A stretch of 63,994 nt of DNA, the filler included, from Guillardia theta CCMP2712 (Eukaryota > Protista > Cryptophyta), in the NCBI RefSeq assembly GCF_000315625.1. It is 5 parts of 5 records of this genome, joined end to end, with 100 filler letters (N's around TTAATTAATTAA, not from the genome) between each part and the next. Parts side by side here need not be neighbours in the genome. Positions count along the whole stretch, not along the records: positions 45,762 to 62,643 come from NW_005434627.1; positions 62,744 to 63,994 come from NW_005434073.1; 3 more parts are not named here. One strand, written 5' to 3'. Within the stretch, counting starts at the first letter, position 1; each line of letters starts with the position of its first letter. The position numbers and the translations under genes are program-made. This document shows positions 62,430 through 63,994 of the stretch, piece by piece. Below the pieces are notes generated by a model. The model did no database searches. It was not told where the DNA came from and was given only the letters and a program-made list of their open reading frames with translations.

Positions 62430-63994
62430 GTGAAAGTTCCTGCCCTGACCGCACGGGGTCTTGAGGAGTGTTGGTGTTGGACCGCATCCTGACCATCGAC
62501 AAGTGAGGAGGAGGAAGGACGAGCAAGAAAAGGAGGGAGGGAGGGAGGAGGAGGGAGGGAGGGAGGAGGAGGGAGGGAAGGAGGGAGGAGGAGGGAGGGA
62601 GGGAGGGAGGGAGGGAGGGAGGGAGGGAGGGAGGGAGGGAGGGNNNNNNNNNNNNNNNNNNNNNNNNNNNNNNNNNNNNNNNNNNNNTTAATTAATTAAN
62701 NNNNNNNNNNNNNNNNNNNNNNNNNNNNNNNNNNNNNNNNNNNTACATACTAACGCCCTTGAAAACTGGATATGACGTTCTTGATCAAGGTTTCTCTTGT
62801 AGGACCGGTCCCTATTAATCATTTTATCCCCCGATGCCAGCGCTCTAAAACATAAATAGACAACAAATTGGGATTTTAGGGCACTTTTTTCAAATTTTAC
62901 CAAAAAAGAGAATCCTAAGCTTTTTTTGGAGGCGCCCTACATCTTGGGATACCGATTTTGAACCCTCACACCACCGTACTCAGTGCCATGACTCGCGAAC
63001 CCACCCACTGCCATTTTTGGACTGCCCGAGAGGGGTAGTGATGGGGGGCGGCCCCCTGGTTCCGCGTCAGCAAGAGCGGCAACTCGACCGCGGGTGATCC
63101 GATCACGAAAAGGCTCGACTCTCATTTCCAAAACGAGTCAGCCACCGGAGATAATGTAGGGTCCGAACTGTGATGGCCGAATGGGTAGGGGTAGTCCCGG
63201 GTCCGCCCCGCTTATCAGCGGCATCGTAGGATTTTTTTTGAGTGAACTTCACCTGATACACTCTCCATTACTTCTGATACAACACAGCAAATTATCCCTA
63301 CCCCACCCCCACCTCGGATTGCCTTGACCCCCACCCTACAAACTTTCACACATCACCCCTACCCCCACTCGATCGCTCAGGTAGTCACGCGCGCAGGCCA
63401 GTTTCGTACCGGGCAAATCTCTTGGAGCTCGTCCGTTACCTAACTTTTCTTGCCACCCTACCCCAGTGGATGGCCCTGCGAGTGAAAAGTGAAGATTTCA
63501 GGGTTGCGCCAACGGAAATATATCAGATGTTCATTCGTCAGTTTATATCCAGGACCACTACTACAGTATGAGACGCTGCTGCCCTACCCTCCTGTCAACT
63601 TCTGTCGTGAGGATGTAGCCACCCACCCTCATTTCATTCGTATCCCCTGCTATCCCTGGGGGTGAGGGGTGGTTATAAAAGAGCAAAATGGGTCACATGG
63701 AGCGAAAGGGCACAGGAGTTCGGACCTTTACCACACAGAGCTCTTTCCGGACCACCCCACCCTACCCACCCCCAGGTGAGCTGAAGCAGTCGACATCGAT
63801 GACCCCACCCACCCCAGTGACATAACCATTCTGTACCTTAAAACTCTTTTTTTGGCTACCCACGGCCGTGAAGCATACGGACTACCCCATCCCGTTATGT
63901 GACAATCTCGAGCTGACACCACCCACCCCTACTTGATACCGTTGATTGCACCAGCTCCTGCGCCGCTTCGTAGCTGCAAAATTCTCATGCACAA

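Noticed and set aside
62744-63994. Short ORFs in the last contig
   Set aside because: No coding signal recognised; it appears intergenic.

Overview
Eukaryotic nuclear DNA, very probably a cryptophyte alga (Guillardia-like). The basis is two phycoerythrin alpha-subunit (CpeA/CALM) genes with AFAP-type plastid presequences and host genes broken by many very short introns. The window is five assembly pieces joined by 100-bp N/TTAATTAATTAA/N linkers (1-25889, 25990-33871, 33972-45661, 45762-62643, 62744-end), so linkage across those joins is unproven. Pieces 1 and 3 are dominated by a homogeneous, palindrome-rich 332-bp satellite that carries two TCACGTGA boxes and switches orientation three times. 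Two copies of a ~2.65-kb element with CATAGCGTTG terminal inverted repeats interrupt it. Between two inward-facing satellite arrays lies an ~18-kb intronless patchwork (6725-24643). Its GC-rich parts are truncated, virus-like gene fragments: a giant Cys-rich protein, a GCC2/GCC3-repeat protein and a coiled-coil protein ending in VCAS. It also holds a frameshifted R-S-E ADP-ribosyltransferase and AT-rich glycan-enzyme genes (sulfotransferase, GH97, a GT61-like relic). My main hypothesis, an inference only, is a satellite-embedded trap or archive of foreign, probably large-DNA-virus, fragments. The other pieces hold ordinary intron-rich host genes (TPR/NDK-like, class-V aminotransferase, SOUL, PP2C, unknowns) and an unusual convergent pair of CpeA-family genes, one with two tandem chromophore domains.
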